A stretch of DNA of 64,000 nucleotides, taken from a virus. The DNA lies in the IMG/VR virus record IMGVR_UViG_3300033149_002604, positions 32,914 to 96,913 of that record, one strand, 5' to 3'. This document shows, one piece after another, positions 18,868 to 28,422 of the stretch. The notes under the pieces were generated by a model. It had not been told where the DNA came from. It saw only the letters and a list, made by a program, of their open reading frames with translations, and ran no database searches. Numbering within the stretch: position 1 is the first letter of the stretch; every line of letters starts with the position of its first letter. The position numbers and the translations under genes were made by a program.

Positions 18868-18925
18868 GCTGGTTGGGGAGTGGAATGGGCACTCCCCACT
18901 TAAGGTTGATCAGACCTTTTCCAGC
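18868..18925 (-). ncRNA. Candidate three-way-junction RNA upstream of the LAGLIDADG gene
   Basis: GCTGG/CCAGC closes hairpins AAGGT-CTGATCA-ACCTT and GGGGAGTG-CCCATTC-CACTCCCC. Confidence 0.55.
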
Positions 18926-19390
18926 CTAAAGTTTAACGTATCGTATCTTAAAATTACATGTAACTAACAGAAATTCATCCTCTTCCCATCCAACGGGAAT
19001 TGGAGCAGACTGAATTGCGAACACCTTTCCAGGTGTACTTGCACACACATCTTCATTTGTGTGTAAAAGATCAATCAATGCTTGCCCTGCTTTTAGGGAA
19101 GAATGAATTCCTTTTCCTTTAATTCTTATCTGGAAATTAGCTTCCCTTCTGTAGTTATCTACATTTGGTGGTAGTCCACCATAAGGGATTATAGTAACAG
19201 TTGTAGCAGTGGTCTGTGGTTCATATACAACAAACAGGTTGTTTCCAAGACTTAATGTAGTCCCAAGCACTACATTGACTTCTTGTGTAGCATTTAAGTT
19301 ATTAAGATAATTGGCAACTTCCCTAACTATTATCTCTGCCATAAGACCACCTACAGTATGAATTGCCCACCAAGTGTGATTTTGTTCCAC
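18926..19390 (-). CDS. Tail terminator / neck protein (likely start MAEIIVREV)
   Basis: LGNNLFV, FQIRIKG, PIPVGWEE...TCNF; synteny. Confidence 0.75.
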   Translation of the reverse strand: MEQNHTWWAIHTVGGLMAEIIVREVANYLNNLNATQEVNVVLGTTLSLGNNLFVVYEPQTTATTVTIIPYGGLPPNVDNYRREANFQIRIKGKGIHSSLKAGQALIDLLHTNEDVCASTPGKVFAIQSAPIPVGWEEDEFLLVTCNFKIRYVKL

Positions 19391-20040
19391 CCAATTGCAT
19401 CAAGCTGTCTATGAACCAGTTCAACTACATCGGTTGTATATTTGGTATATTTCCTCTTTCTTATCCTTGAAATCCCTTTTATGTCGGTTTCTATATCCCA
19501 CGGATTCACTATATTCTTAATCAAATTTGTATATTCACCAACACGTTCATTCCAAGCAAATTCCAAATACTTGGGTCCGGTATAGGGTTTTGTGGCTACC
19601 GGAATCCCAAGTAAATGGACTGGTTTAGGTCGTGGTACATAAGGAAGTAGGACTTCATGTGCCCATACAGCTATGTCTTTTCCTTCTTCGTTGGTTCGTC
19701 TGAAGGAAACATTCCCAAATACCCTTGCTTTTCTTCCCATTCCTTTTACTGTTTTTGAATTTATCCTTCCCAAATCTGCTTCAACAGTATCATTAGGGAA
19801 AGCACTAGATGCTTTCCCAACCACAAATCTTTGATAAAAGCTAGTAGTTACTGAAGCAGTTCCACTTGCACGAAGCTGACCTGTGTCGTAGGGTGTTCTA
19901 GGGAGGGTATAAGCCAACAGGTCTACCATGATTACACCTACTGTTCTTATGACACGCAGCTTTATATAGTCTTCAACAACACGCAAGTTCTTCTGTAATA
20001 TTTCAAGTTCACGTAGATTTAATCCCAGCTTCTTTGCCAA
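19351..20040 (-). CDS. Neck/tail completion protein (HK97 gp10-like)
   Basis: TPYDTGQLRAS and GPKYLEFA motifs. Confidence 0.75.
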   Translation of the reverse strand: MAKKLGLNLRELEILQKNLRVVEDYIKLRVIRTVGVIMVDLLAYTLPRTPYDTGQLRASGTASVTTSFYQRFVVGKASSAFPNDTVEADLGRINSKTVKGMGRKARVFGNVSFRRTNEEGKDIAVWAHEVLLPYVPRPKPVHLLGIPVATKPYTGPKYLEFAWNERVGEYTNLIKNIVNPWDIETDIKGISRIRKRKYTKYTTDVVELVHRQLDAIGWNKITLGGQFIL

Positions 20041-20784
20041 TTATTCCACCAGCCTAGTTCCACAGTGTGGGCAGTACTTATATGAAGATTTATTTGACTT
20101 ACCACAAGTTTTACACTTAATCTTTTCCCGTGTGGTGATAGGAACCTTCACGTTTCCTTCAGATGCCTTTCCTTTTAGCTTTATAGTGATAACGTGTTTG
20201 GTTTGTTCTAGTAAAGGAACATTTACTTCAGTAAAACTTTGATGTTCATCCGAACCATCAACTGTTATTCCTTCATCATTGGTACTGGTCAAACCGTCTG
20301 AACAATAGTAATAACTAAACCCACTAGAAGAACATCTTACATAGTATTTATCCGATGTGTATTTATATTCCACTGGGGGATACCAATTAAATTCCCAGTA
20401 TGGTGTACGATATTTGCTCCATTCATATATATACCATTTATCATCTTCAAACTGGTATTCTATTCTAATTATCCCATCATCAGGTCTGTCTTCTCTGTTT
20501 TTAGAAACTTCTTCAGTTTTTTCTATAAACTTAAACTTCTTACTTACTTCCTTGCCTTTTATTCTTCCTTTCAGTTCAAACGAAGAATTTCCATCTATCA
20601 AGATTTTTCCATCTGTCACATTTTCCCCATCAATATCAACACTAACCACAACCTTACGTGAATCTAGATTTTTCATCAGAATGGAATACTCGGAACCAAA
20701 TGGTAGCCTTACTATTCCATCAATTTCCCTTAAGATTTTTCCATCACATTTTACTACAGCAACAAAATTGTCTTTAAACACCAT
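20041..20784 (-). CDS. Hypothetical protein with C-terminal double zinc ribbon
   Basis: LPFGSEYSILMKNL N-terminus; CKTCG...CPHCG; AAGGAGG RBS. Confidence 0.75.
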   Translation of the reverse strand: MVFKDNFVAVVKCDGKILREIDGIVRLPFGSEYSILMKNLDSRKVVVSVDIDGENVTDGKILIDGNSSFELKGRIKGKEVSKKFKFIEKTEEVSKNREDRPDDGIIRIEYQFEDDKWYIYEWSKYRTPYWEFNWYPPVEYKYTSDKYYVRCSSSGFSYYYCSDGLTSTNDEGITVDGSDEHQSFTEVNVPLLEQTKHVITIKLKGKASEGNVKVPITTREKIKCKTCGKSNKSSYKYCPHCGTRLVE

Positions 20785-20811
20785 AATATCATCCTCCTTT
20801 GATTTTTATTT

Positions 20812-20847
20812 AGGCGTTCGGCTGAAGCCTGGGAAGTTTAGAGCCGA
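20812..20847 (-). promoter_or_regulatory. Candidate H-type pseudoknot in a 5' leader
   Basis: TCGGCT/AGCCGA stem; loop AGGC pairs with downstream GCCT. Confidence 0.45.
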
Positions 20848-20869
20848 TGGATCAAACCATTATGGTTAG

Positions 20870-21037
20870 CTACACATTTTCCAATTTCTTCTTTAGACTG
20901 TCCAGCATATGATAAACCCTAAGCAGTTCCTGTCGTTTAGCATTTAGGAGTTCTTCAGCATGTTTTGCATTATTTCTATAGACCAAAGCCCCTACTATGA
21001 AGCCAATTACCAAACCAACGACAAAATTCAATATCAT
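20870..21037 (-). CDS. Small membrane protein (55 aa, not in ORF track)
   Basis: MILNFVVGLVIGFIVGALVYRNN..., one TM helix, AGGGGG RBS. Confidence 0.65.
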   Translation of the reverse strand: MILNFVVGLVIGFIVGALVYRNNAKHAEELLNAKRQELLRVYHMLDSLKKKLENV

Positions 21038-21052
21038 TCTAATTAAAACCCC

Positions 21053-21367
21053 CTAAACCAAATAAAGTTTGGTATGGTCATGCACACCAGATAATGTATA
21101 CCGTTTTTCAATTCCAACTATCTTATATGTTTCTGAATCCTTAACTATTTCATATGTACTTTCAATATTGTAATCGGGAAGAATCCACACTTCTACCCGT
21201 GCTTGTCTTAATTTTGCATCTTTATCAGCAATTACCTTGACTGTCTCTATCCATCTACACGGAACATCTTTATAGACTATGGTTCGTGTTGAATCGCCGT
21301 AGCCATCAAGTGTAGTTGAATAGACCATATCAATAGTTTGGTTAAGTAATCCTGATATAAGACTCAT
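21053..21367 (-). CDS. Head closure / head-tail joining protein
   Basis: DGYGD...VPCRW, beta-rich 104 aa; synteny. Confidence 0.75.
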   Translation of the reverse strand: MSLISGLLNQTIDMVYSTTLDGYGDSTRTIVYKDVPCRWIETVKVIADKDAKLRQARVEVWILPDYNIESTYEIVKDSETYKIVGIEKRYTLSGVHDHTKLYLV

Positions 21368-21574
21368 TTACCTTCTTTTCTTCCTTCCACCATATTTCCT
21401 GAATGTTCTAGCCAAGACAGCCATCCGTTTTACCCTTGTGTTCTTCGATCTTAAACCTTCGGCAATACAGCTTTTTGTTACACCTTTATATCCTCTACTG
21501 ATACACCACCTACGGAAGGCTCCAGGCCGTTTGACACTTGACTGCATCCATTTCTTACTTCTCTTTCTTGCCAT
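21368..21574 (-). CDS. Small very basic protein
   Basis: KKWMQSSVKRPGAFRRW...LARTFRK; K/R rich; AAGGAGG RBS. Confidence 0.7.
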   Translation of the reverse strand: MARKRSKKWMQSSVKRPGAFRRWCISRGYKGVTKSCIAEGLRSKNTRVKRMAVLARTFRKYGGRKKRR

Positions 21575-21601
21575 CTTACATAATTCGCCTCCTTAAAAAG
21601 A

Positions 21602-22633
21602 TTACGCCCTAGCGTATCTAGTTCGTTTTCTCATAAATCCAGATAAAAGTTTTTTAGCTATTGGTGAAATGGGTAATTTTGCAAGGTTACTAGGATCAAA
21701 ATCTACCCTAGTATCACCAATTCTTACTACCCTAGCACCCATTTCCTTATACCCAACCAATGAATCTAAGTTAGCGTTTCTAACAAGAAATTCTGCCTGT
21801 TCACATTGTGCCGCCTTTACCCTGTCATCAATCGGTGCGAATATTATGAATTCAGTGTTAGTAGTTGGTGTGGCTGTGAAAGATGGATTCACAACTATCT
21901 TACCATTAGTAGAATCTGAAGAAACAATCTGTCTAATATCATATAAAGGTGTTCCTTCTGTTATGTGACAGGTTCCATACTTCCAATAGTTGTCTGGGTA
22001 TTCACCATAAGTTGTGGAATAAAGTCCACTGTTTTTGAAAGAAGTAGCAGTGATCGGTGTAGCGGGATTTCCTGTTACCGTTTCATGATCATCCCTTGGG
22101 AATTGTAATGCTTGTGATTCGTAGTACCTGGCACCAGTGAAGTTGAATGTATCAATTACCCTAGCAGCTTCAACTAACACCCTTCGTTTTCCTTCGTCTG
22201 TAAGTGTATCCCATAGGTCAGAATGTCTGTATTTGTTTCTTATATACTTGTTTGCTTCCCGTAGCGTAACGTAAGAATTTGAAGTAGATCCACCTATATA
22301 TGTAACTAACGAAGTGTTTCCAAACACTTCACATTTTACGTAACTTATATAGGTGTATCCATTTGTTGATTCTGCTTTTATTTTTATAGTATATGTAACA
22401 TCTGCTGTACCACCAGCTATGTCAAAGCTTATATTCGGTGAAGACACAGAAATATTACTGATCATTGAGCTGGTGGTATCAGTACCTTCATCATCTTCTA
22501 TGGTTATAGTAGCAGAAGAGAGGGTATCTCCATCTGTCAAATCATCTGAAAAAGACTTTTCTATTGTAAATTTCTCTTCTGGGTATTTATAGAAATAGTT
22601 GACAGAGCCATCCATTTTCATGAGGTAAAACAC
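21602..22633 (-). CDS. Head-tail adaptor (DnaT-like connector domain) with extra domains
   Basis: SNSYVTLREANKY, QALQFPR, VKAAQCEQAEF motifs. Confidence 0.75.
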   Translation of the reverse strand: MFYLMKMDGSVNYFYKYPEEKFTIEKSFSDDLTDGDTLSSATITIEDDEGTDTTSSMISNISVSSPNISFDIAGGTADVTYTIKIKAESTNGYTYISYVKCEVFGNTSLVTYIGGSTSNSYVTLREANKYIRNKYRHSDLWDTLTDEGKRRVLVEAARVIDTFNFTGARYYESQALQFPRDDHETVTGNPATPITATSFKNSGLYSTTYGEYPDNYWKYGTCHITEGTPLYDIRQIVSSDSTNGKIVVNPSFTATPTTNTEFIIFAPIDDRVKAAQCEQAEFLVRNANLDSLVGYKEMGARVVRIGDTRVDFDPSNLAKLPISPIAKKLLSGFMRKRTRYARA

Positions 22634-22656
22634 ATCCTTTAGATATTTCTACTTCT

Positions 22657-23946
22657 TTACCAACTGTTAAGCGCTGATCGTTTCCAAGTATTGTTGGCAA
22701 CACAAACGTAGATGTAATCACTATCCCAACAGATTTCCCCAACATTCCCAGTAGCGTTGACTGAAGATGGTGTTTTAGAGGATCTTAAGCGAAAGATGTT
22801 AGAATTAATATCTACAGCAGCAGTTGGGGTTGCTGTTTTGATCCCAATATCTCCGAAGGTGTTATATACAGCACTTACACCGTCTGTCAGCCAACGAGCG
22901 GAATGCTCATCAGCAGTCAGATGATAATATTCGTCTGATGTTCCACCCTGTAAGCCAGTTAACGCATTGTGTTCTACAACAGATTTTGGTATGAAGTATA
23001 AATCAAAAGCACTTTCTATACTTTCAAATGATGAAGCATTCTTTTGAACAATTATCTTACCAATTATCCTACCAATACTAGCAATTACACCTGGAAGAGA
23101 TGCTGGTGGTTGAGCGTTTTGAGCATCTGTTAGTAGATAGTCATCCTGTCCGTATACAACAAAAACATGTCCTTCGATGTCAACATAAATCCAATGAACA
23201 CCATAATATCTTCGCCAACCAAAAGGATCTGATAATGTCGCTAATGTTCCTGATCCATCATCATAATGCAGATTATCAATCTGTGTTTGTCCTGTAACTT
23301 TAGTCCATCCACCAGAACCATCCCTATAATAATATGTAAATGTATCTGTTCCAGAAGTATCAAAACTAGGGAAGGTAACTTCTGTCAGCCCTGCATAATA
23401 AGTACCAGAGGTAATAGCAATATTTCTTGTTCCTGTTTCTGATATTTGTATACCATTAACTCTCTGAAACTTTCCATTCACATCTAAGTCTTTCCAGAGG
23501 GTATTTTTGGCGTAATTAGCAACAACTTGGCCCGCTGTCGTAATATATAAATCTGTTCCATCTCTGTAGACAAGCCCAAGCATCACATTTGTATTTTTGT
23601 CTGAGGGAATTGAAGTGCTTGTTACAATTTGTGGATTTCCACTATTATATTCTACATAGATGTAATTGGTAGTGTTGTCAGTTAGAGAAATTGAACTATT
23701 GGCTGACCAGTCAAATGTCTTGGTTAGTCCCACATCACTATCAGTTGTTTTTATAAGTCCCTTTCCTGCACTAACAGCAACAGTCCCATCACCATTATCA
23801 GTTATGTTTCCCCCTTCTAACTTTCCAGCCGAATGAATAACATTAATCAGATCTTGTAGGTTTGTATAAGTTGGTGTTCCGAGTTGAGAAATGCTAATGT
23901 TGGATGCGGTGAAATCTCCTATTTCACAGATTTCAACGTGGGCCAT
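22657..23946 (-). CDS. Virion structural protein (fibre-like)
   Basis: G/S/T rich; HNALTGLQGG..EYYHLT and GEICWDSDYIYVCVANNTWKR motifs. Confidence 0.7.
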   Translation of the reverse strand: MAHVEICEIGDFTASNISISQLGTPTYTNLQDLINVIHSAGKLEGGNITDNGDGTVAVSAGKGLIKTTDSDVGLTKTFDWSANSSISLTDNTTNYIYVEYNSGNPQIVTSTSIPSDKNTNVMLGLVYRDGTDLYITTAGQVVANYAKNTLWKDLDVNGKFQRVNGIQISETGTRNIAITSGTYYAGLTEVTFPSFDTSGTDTFTYYYRDGSGGWTKVTGQTQIDNLHYDDGSGTLATLSDPFGWRRYYGVHWIYVDIEGHVFVVYGQDDYLLTDAQNAQPPASLPGVIASIGRIIGKIIVQKNASSFESIESAFDLYFIPKSVVEHNALTGLQGGTSDEYYHLTADEHSARWLTDGVSAVYNTFGDIGIKTATPTAAVDINSNIFRLRSSKTPSSVNATGNVGEICWDSDYIYVCVANNTWKRSALNSW

Positions 23947-23960
23947 TCTTATTCAACCCC

Positions 23961-24251
23961 TTATTCTAAAAGAAGGACTTCAAGAATAGTAGATGTTGAA
24001 CTGGTTTGCACATAGAACAATGTTTCCCCACCAGATTTTCCTATGTCTATTGATAGCATACTATCAATGGTTAGGTATCTAGCACCGTCAGGTAGATGGG
24101 ATATTTTAAATGAAGTTCCATCTCTTAGTCTAGCCAGAATGGAGAAACAACTGCTGTTGGCTGGAATTACTATTTCTTTCCACGTTGTAGAATCAACATC
24201 TTCATTTATGATATCACGTATTACATTTCCACCTATTGTAACTTGACTCAT
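23961..24251 (-). CDS. Hypothetical (probable virion) protein
   Basis: GGTGAG RBS, in operon. Confidence 0.6.
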   Translation of the reverse strand: MSQVTIGGNVIRDIINEDVDSTTWKEIVIPANSSCFSILARLRDGTSFKISHLPDGARYLTIDSMLSIDIGKSGGETLFYVQTSSTSTILEVLLLE

Positions 24252-24264
24252 TAGATGTTCTCAC

Positions 24265-24732
24265 CTATTTTCCGACAATATTATTAAGCATTGGAGCAAT
24301 ACTGCTATCAACATTCTGATTGTCGTTTCCAAATCTGGTACATTCAATCTTGTATATTTTACATATAGCAGGAATCATGTTGTTCAGAAGTTCAACATCT
24401 TGGTAGTAAACTTTCATATACTTATTAACTAAACACATTAACTGTAAGCTGGTAGCAAGTCTTTCAATATCTACACAGTCACTTTTGTAGCGTAAATTTT
24501 GCAGCTTTTTTATTCCTAGAAGTTTACCAACCTTAAGTAGATCATACTTACGTTGGGCATATCTGGCTTCATCACAAAGTCTAAAACCATATTTCTTTTC
24601 TATCTGCATTGGTACTTCAGTGTCATCACACACTATCAGAACTTCATAATGGAAATCGCACTTTTGTATTTCCGATGCTAAGTGGTAAATCCAATCATAG
24701 GTGTTAAAGGAAACTATTAGTGCTTTATCCAC
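24265..24732 (-). CDS. PIG-L/LmbE deacetylase-like protein, degenerate
   Basis: LIV...VLIVCD...R..D....KLLGI...L.Y pattern but no HPDD motif. Confidence 0.4.
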   Translation of the reverse strand: MDKALIVSFNTYDWIYHLASEIQKCDFHYEVLIVCDDTEVPMQIEKKYGFRLCDEARYAQRKYDLLKVGKLLGIKKLQNLRYKSDCVDIERLATSLQLMCLVNKYMKVYYQDVELLNNMIPAICKIYKIECTRFGNDNQNVDSSIAPMLNNIVGK

Positions 24733-24778
24733 AGTATTTCTCCATTCGGAAGTGGCGGTTCGCTAATAACGTTATATG

Positions 24779-25483
24779 TTACTGTGAGATCATTTTATTA
24801 TTTACAACCATATAGATTCTTCCATTTATGACTTCACAATTTATAACCATATTTAAATCTAAAAAGAATTTAATGAAAAATCCCAGACTTTTTACTGAAA
24901 TGTGTTCTAATTGATCTACACAATTAGGAAACTCAGGAGTATAAATCAAAAGATGACCACTCTTTTTCATCTTTGAAAGTGCCCACTTAGTAATTTTCTT
25001 ATACAGCTCATCAGTTACATGTTCAGCAAAGTCTATCTGCAATATAGTATCAAAATCGTCATCTACTTCTGGAAACCAACTAAAATCACAACATATGGAT
25101 TCAATCCTATTATCTAAGTAGGGCTTAAATGCTTCAATTGAATACTTATTACCATCAATACATACAATCTTCGATAAATCGGGTTTTCTTCTGAGAAGAA
25201 ACATTGCTCCTAATCCTGGTCCACCAACATCTAATACTTTACCTTTAATTGTTCCACCAAACATTTTCACCAGATTGTTCCATTTGTTTATGTGGACATT
25301 GGAAAGTCTTGGAAATCTTTCATCATATTCTTCTTTTAAAAGCTTTATGTATTCATGGGCTGTATACTTTCCGAATCTAGTTTCAATACAATACTTTTCA
25401 AAACACCTTTTAGGATCTCCATATTTCCTTAAGTGCCACTCTTCTGAAGTAGCTTCATAAACAATCATAGTTTCTCCAACCAA
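24779..25483 (-). CDS. Class I SAM-dependent methyltransferase
   Basis: KVLDVGGPG, FDTILQIDFAEHV, GHLLIYTP. Confidence 0.85.
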   Translation of the reverse strand: MVGETMIVYEATSEEWHLRKYGDPKRCFEKYCIETRFGKYTAHEYIKLLKEEYDERFPRLSNVHINKWNNLVKMFGGTIKGKVLDVGGPGLGAMFLLRRKPDLSKIVCIDGNKYSIEAFKPYLDNRIESICCDFSWFPEVDDDFDTILQIDFAEHVTDELYKKITKWALSKMKKSGHLLIYTPEFPNCVDQLEHISVKSLGFFIKFFLDLNMVINCEVINGRIYMVVNNKMISQ

Positions 25484-28422
25484 TTTATGTTGTCTGCTGT
25501 TACATTCTTTATAGCAAAATCAACCCGTGGTAGATCACACCAGTTACATAGTCCATAAAATTCACATCTTAAATCATCTAAATTTATAGGTCTAAAGTCT
25601 TTGATATTGCAGATGGGTTTGATGTTGTAGTATAGTCTGTAATGACAATTGAAATAGTTTCCAGACGGATCAATTATTAAAGAAAATATTCCATGTGGAC
25701 ACATTACTGTTGTTCCTTGGCTTTGCCCACACATTTTCCTGTAGAAGGTATAATCATAGATTCCACACATTCTTCTAGCGGATTCTTGGTCCCAGTAACC
25801 CTCATTAGGATATAAGCAATCGGGACGGAAATCTTTAGCATATCCATTTTCTTCAGTCCAGAATCCTAAGAATGGGGGGGATTTTAGTTCTGGAAGAGAA
25901 TTTCTAACCTTTTCTATCCTCTCTTTCCATTTAGTTTCTATTTCAGGGATATAAACAAATGCGATTTGGTCAACATACAACCCACAATCTCTCATTTCAT
26001 TTATTCTAGAAACATATTCCTCTGGTTCCAGTGCATGTGGATGATATGAAGTATTGATTCTTAATGTAGAACCAAATCTAGGTTTAAGTTGTTTGAATTT
26101 CTTACTTTCCCAAAATTCCCCCTTACAATTCGTAGTAATTGTTATATAATAATCTTCAAGATTGTTGACTATTTCAACCAAATCTTTGTGTAATGTTGTT
26201 TCCCCACCTATTAGAGACAATCTTTGCCTTGGTTCGTGATATAAATTATTCCACCAATTTAATATTTCTTTACCACTTAATTCTTCACGTGGAACGTGTT
26301 TACCCCTACCATCTACGATACAAAACGGACAATTTCCATTACATCTAAATGTAATCATGTGTGCCCAATAACACATTGGGTAATAATAGTTGCTAGGTAA
26401 AACTTTTAGCTGTGTTGTTCTTTTATTAAAGTCTGTTACCAAACTTCTTAATCTGTTTATACGTTTTTCAATATCACATTCTGCAAGTTCAAAGTCAATA
26501 AACTTGAATTCCCCATCTTTAATCAATATATTATTTATGTTCAAATCAAATATTCCAACTGCTTCTAATATTTTATGGGCTTCATCAATTATCTTATAGT
26601 ACAGTTCTTTGTTTAAAGATCCTATCTCACCAAGATTTCTCCAATCAAAATATTCAAATAAAATAAATTGATCTTGTATAGCTATTGGTTTTACCACATG
26701 CTTAGAAGCCTTATAAGCTGCAACAGTTCTATCAAATTGATCATCTGCAAAGTTGACTAGACTATCATTGGGATAAAATTTTTCACTTAACCAATCGTTA
26801 TACAGTTGTTCTTTTACAAAATATTTGTTTCCATTGCTGTCTGATACTGTGAAATACCTTACATCTTCTTTGGATTTATGCCTATTACGAAATTGATCTA
26901 CTATTTGATATTCTTTATCTCCAAACCTTATCTTCTTATTCTTCATGTGTTCAGGAAGTTCATCAGAAAACCAAAACAGCCATCTTTCCACACCATGAAT
27001 TTTTTCAGAACAAATCGTTTCAACGTGTGTTGAAATACCTAATTTCTCTGAAACCCATTTTGGAAATTCGGTTCTATGGTCTGTAAACTTTGGAATAAGA
27101 TTTATCCAAGGGGTCCATTCACTACCCTCTTCATTAGATTGTCCCATATCAAATATAACATTCTTGGAAATCCTACCTACTTCTGAAAGAATCTGATCAG
27201 CCACTTCAGCAGAATACTGTTCATAGATATGATGATGGACACTCATGTAAAAAGTGAATTCAAATTCCTTATCCTTGAATTCTTTCAACCTATCTAATAA
27301 ATCTTTTTCTAGCAGTTCGAATGTACATTTATTATTAGCAGCCTGTGCCTTCTTTGCAGATTCGATCATCTTAGGATCTGTATCTAGCCCTAAAACATCA
27401 AATCCCATTTGGGCAGCTAGGATGGAAAAATACCCGTTGTTGCAACCAATATCTAAAATCTTACCTGACTTTTTCTTAACAAGTATAGGTTCTATGTATC
27501 GCCATCTTTTAGCTGAATCCCGCTTTCCACCACACTGTCCTGTAACAGACGAATTATATGATGTATCTACGTTATTGAAATAATTAAGAATGTCCTGCTT
27601 GTACTTATTCCAGTTCAAAATTTCAGTTAAATCATTAGCATTTCCGGCTACCTGTACATTACCGAATAGTGGTATGGCTTGGTGAACTGGGGTGCTTTTA
27701 AACATAGCCAAGAGATTTTTCCTAAATGCACCTGCAATGTGCATCACCACACTGTCTATTGCACATATAAAATCTACATAAGCAATAAGTGCTTTACTGA
27801 ATCGCATGTCATCTTCTGGTAATTCGATGGATCGGGAACATGATTTACGACCAAATTCAAATATCGTAAACTGGTTGAACATTTCGTTCATCATCTTTTC
27901 TATTATGTCTGATTCAAATTCTTTGGGTGGATTTCCAGCTTTATTGTGTAGAATCAGCCAAGGTTTGTCATACTGGCTAAGATATTCCATTGCTTTTTTA
28001 GCATAGTCTTCACGGAAGGTAAGTTCGGTGATGAGTTCTTCTATCCTATCAAATTTAATTCCCAATTCATCTGCTGCCCTGAATATCTTGTGCATCTTGA
28101 ATCCAGCTTGTCGTAGTAAGGGAAGGGTTATGATGTTGTCATACTTGCCTAAATATTCATACTTGACTGATCTGTCAAGTTCCCTAATATTGTCAAGATA
28201 CCCATCATAAGACTTTACATTTTCCCAAGGATCAGGAAGGATTGGCAAGAATTCATCTACAAAGGTAAATTCTAGTAGTTCTTCAACCTTTGAACCAAAC
28301 CTTTGTAGACTTGCTAGGGAAATTTCAGTATCAGAACAGATTTGCTTGTACTTTCTTAAAGCTGGGGTTAATAAGATATGGTCGCCTAAGCCGTGGGGGT
28401 AAACTATTAGAATCTTTGACAT
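25465..28422 (-). CDS. Four-domain fusion: GT9 glycosyltransferase + SAM methyltransferase + kinase-like + radical SAM/SPASM (likely start 28422)
   Basis: HGLGDHILLTPAL and IDSVVMHIAGA (GT9); ILDIGCNNGYFS...MSVHHH (methyltransferase); FVKE...DLNINNIL...FIDFE (kinase); CNGNCPFC, IGGET and C-terminal Cys (radical SAM). Confidence 0.85.
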   Translation of the reverse strand: MSKILIVYPHGLGDHILLTPALRKYKQICSDTEISLASLQRFGSKVEELLEFTFVDEFLPILPDPWENVKSYDGYLDNIRELDRSVKYEYLGKYDNIITLPLLRQAGFKMHKIFRAADELGIKFDRIEELITELTFREDYAKKAMEYLSQYDKPWLILHNKAGNPPKEFESDIIEKMMNEMFNQFTIFEFGRKSCSRSIELPEDDMRFSKALIAYVDFICAIDSVVMHIAGAFRKNLLAMFKSTPVHQAIPLFGNVQVAGNANDLTEILNWNKYKQDILNYFNNVDTSYNSSVTGQCGGKRDSAKRWRYIEPILVKKKSGKILDIGCNNGYFSILAAQMGFDVLGLDTDPKMIESAKKAQAANNKCTFELLEKDLLDRLKEFKDKEFEFTFYMSVHHHIYEQYSAEVADQILSEVGRISKNVIFDMGQSNEEGSEWTPWINLIPKFTDHRTEFPKWVSEKLGISTHVETICSEKIHGVERWLFWFSDELPEHMKNKKIRFGDKEYQIVDQFRNRHKSKEDVRYFTVSDSNGNKYFVKEQLYNDWLSEKFYPNDSLVNFADDQFDRTVAAYKASKHVVKPIAIQDQFILFEYFDWRNLGEIGSLNKELYYKIIDEAHKILEAVGIFDLNINNILIKDGEFKFIDFELAECDIEKRINRLRSLVTDFNKRTTQLKVLPSNYYYPMCYWAHMITFRCNGNCPFCIVDGRGKHVPREELSGKEILNWWNNLYHEPRQRLSLIGGETTLHKDLVEIVNNLEDYYITITTNCKGEFWESKKFKQLKPRFGSTLRINTSYHPHALEPEEYVSRINEMRDCGLYVDQIAFVYIPEIETKWKERIEKVRNSLPELKSPPFLGFWTEENGYAKDFRPDCLYPNEGYWDQESARRMCGIYDYTFYRKMCGQSQGTTVMCPHGIFSLIIDPSGNYFNCHYRLYYNIKPICNIKDFRPINLDDLRCEFYGLCNWCDLPRVDFAIKNVTADNINWLEKL

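Noticed and set aside
18059-18925. Third group I intron or an intein around the LAGLIDADG gene
   Set aside because: No P/Q/R/S core or intein termini; flanking genes are complete
18868-18925. Hammerhead ribozyme
   Set aside because: Loop is CUGAUCA in a hairpin, not CUGANGA in a junction, and the GAAA core is not correctly placed
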